Assembly: GCF_004010195.1 (NCBI RefSeq)
Contig: NC_057718.1
Span: 20,666,223-20,730,222 of the forward strand
Length of the DNA: 64,000 bases
DNA from: Chiloscyllium plagiosum
Taxonomy: Eukaryota
Direction of reading: 5' to 3'
Shown: in pieces, positions 63,100 through 64,000 of the stretch
How the letters are laid out: each line of letters begins with the position of its first letter
Numbering within the stretch: position 1 is the stretch's first letter
Position numbers and translations under genes: made by a program
The notes under the pieces: model-generated
Told to the model about the DNA's origin: nothing
What the model saw: only the letters and a program-made list of their open reading frames with translations
Database searches by the model: none

Positions 63100-64000
63100 T
63101 AATATTTTATTGCAAATTTAAATATTACTTTTAAAAATCTCATTTTAATACAGCATGAATCATATCAACACAAAACTACTGCTGCTCATTACACAGCTTT
63201 TCAGTTTGAGTTTTCACTTTATTGATCAATATAACAGTAACACATAACAAAACATACAATCTTTACCATGCTTCAGTTATAACTGAACCAGCATTGTTTT
63301 TGAGAAATATCTGGTTTTGTACATTTTGGTGACAAATATACCACATATCTATATTAATAGTGAAAGCAACAGCATATATTTATAATAAGAGCTGTTATAG
63401 CAATAGTATTTAAATACAAAATATTTTCATGTATATTTCTCTAGAAAAGCCCTGAACAAAATGATCATCTGTACAGTTTATACAGTTTGTTTCTCATAAC
63501 ACAGGAATGAAGGTTTTATCTAAGAGATATTTACAGTGACAGTCCAGTACTTATAATGAATATAACCAGACAGCAAAATCAAAACTGACTAATTATACTT
63601 GAATACCTGAAGGAACTTCTGCACATAATGCATGGATACCCTGGGTTCAGAAACAGAGCTACATGGACCGTTCTTCCCTGAAAGTCAATCTATTCACCCA
63701 AATGGATGGCTGGTTTGCCTCCAAAGCAAGAATATGTAACTTTAAACTTCATTAACACTGAAAGCAATAAGATTGTTATTTTCCTGTGTGAATTAATATG
63801 TCATATTCATTTCTTCAAATGGGTTAAATTTCATTGGCACTGTAAATGTTAAAGTCTTGCAATGCTCGTTACAGTACATATGAAATGGATCTGCAAACTT
63901 TGAAACAGGCATCACAGGCAGAGTAAGTGACCGAGTTGCTGCAGTGCTTCAAAAAGGCATTTACATTACTCAATGAGGTCACCTGAACAATTAAAACGTC
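63100..64000 (-). other. Possible 3' UTR end of a host gene located beyond the right edge
   Basis: Free of recognisable repeats, U-rich on the minus strand, minus-strand AATAAA at 63218-63223 and 63106-63111. Confidence 0.3.

Overview
This is eukaryotic, vertebrate-type DNA, almost certainly from a cartilaginous fish (shark); that is an inference from HE1-type V-SINEs, HER1/CR1-type LINEs and Deu-domain SINE remnants. I find no intact host protein-coding gene; the window is a nest of decayed transposable elements. The main components are: (1) a near full-length two-LTR Gypsy-superfamily retrotransposon with Gmr1-type domain order gag(SCAN-like)-PR-IN-RT-RH and a tRNA-Pro primer binding site (about 14495-20992); (2) several CR1-clade LINEs, one near full-length with an esterase-type ORF1 (about 44964-49393, minus strand); (3) Penelope-like element (PLE) remnants; (4) SINEs, a TA-flanked pogo/Tigger-like MITE, a hAT-like MITE, and RTE, Harbinger, L2 and Rex/Babar-like remnants. 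The most interesting signal is a dispersed family of short (40-500 bp) non-coding PLE-terminus-derived inserts. They carry a minimal hammerhead ribozyme core (CUGANGA-A-stem II-GAAACGUC) with covarying stem II, and occur as solo copies, fold-back palindromes and a 310-bp tandem unit, several with 8-15 bp target-site duplications. This resembles a retrozyme-like non-autonomous system. The last ~1 kb looks like the 3' UTR end of a minus-strand gene outside the window. Boundaries were read by eye, and family names come from motif recognition, not database searches.
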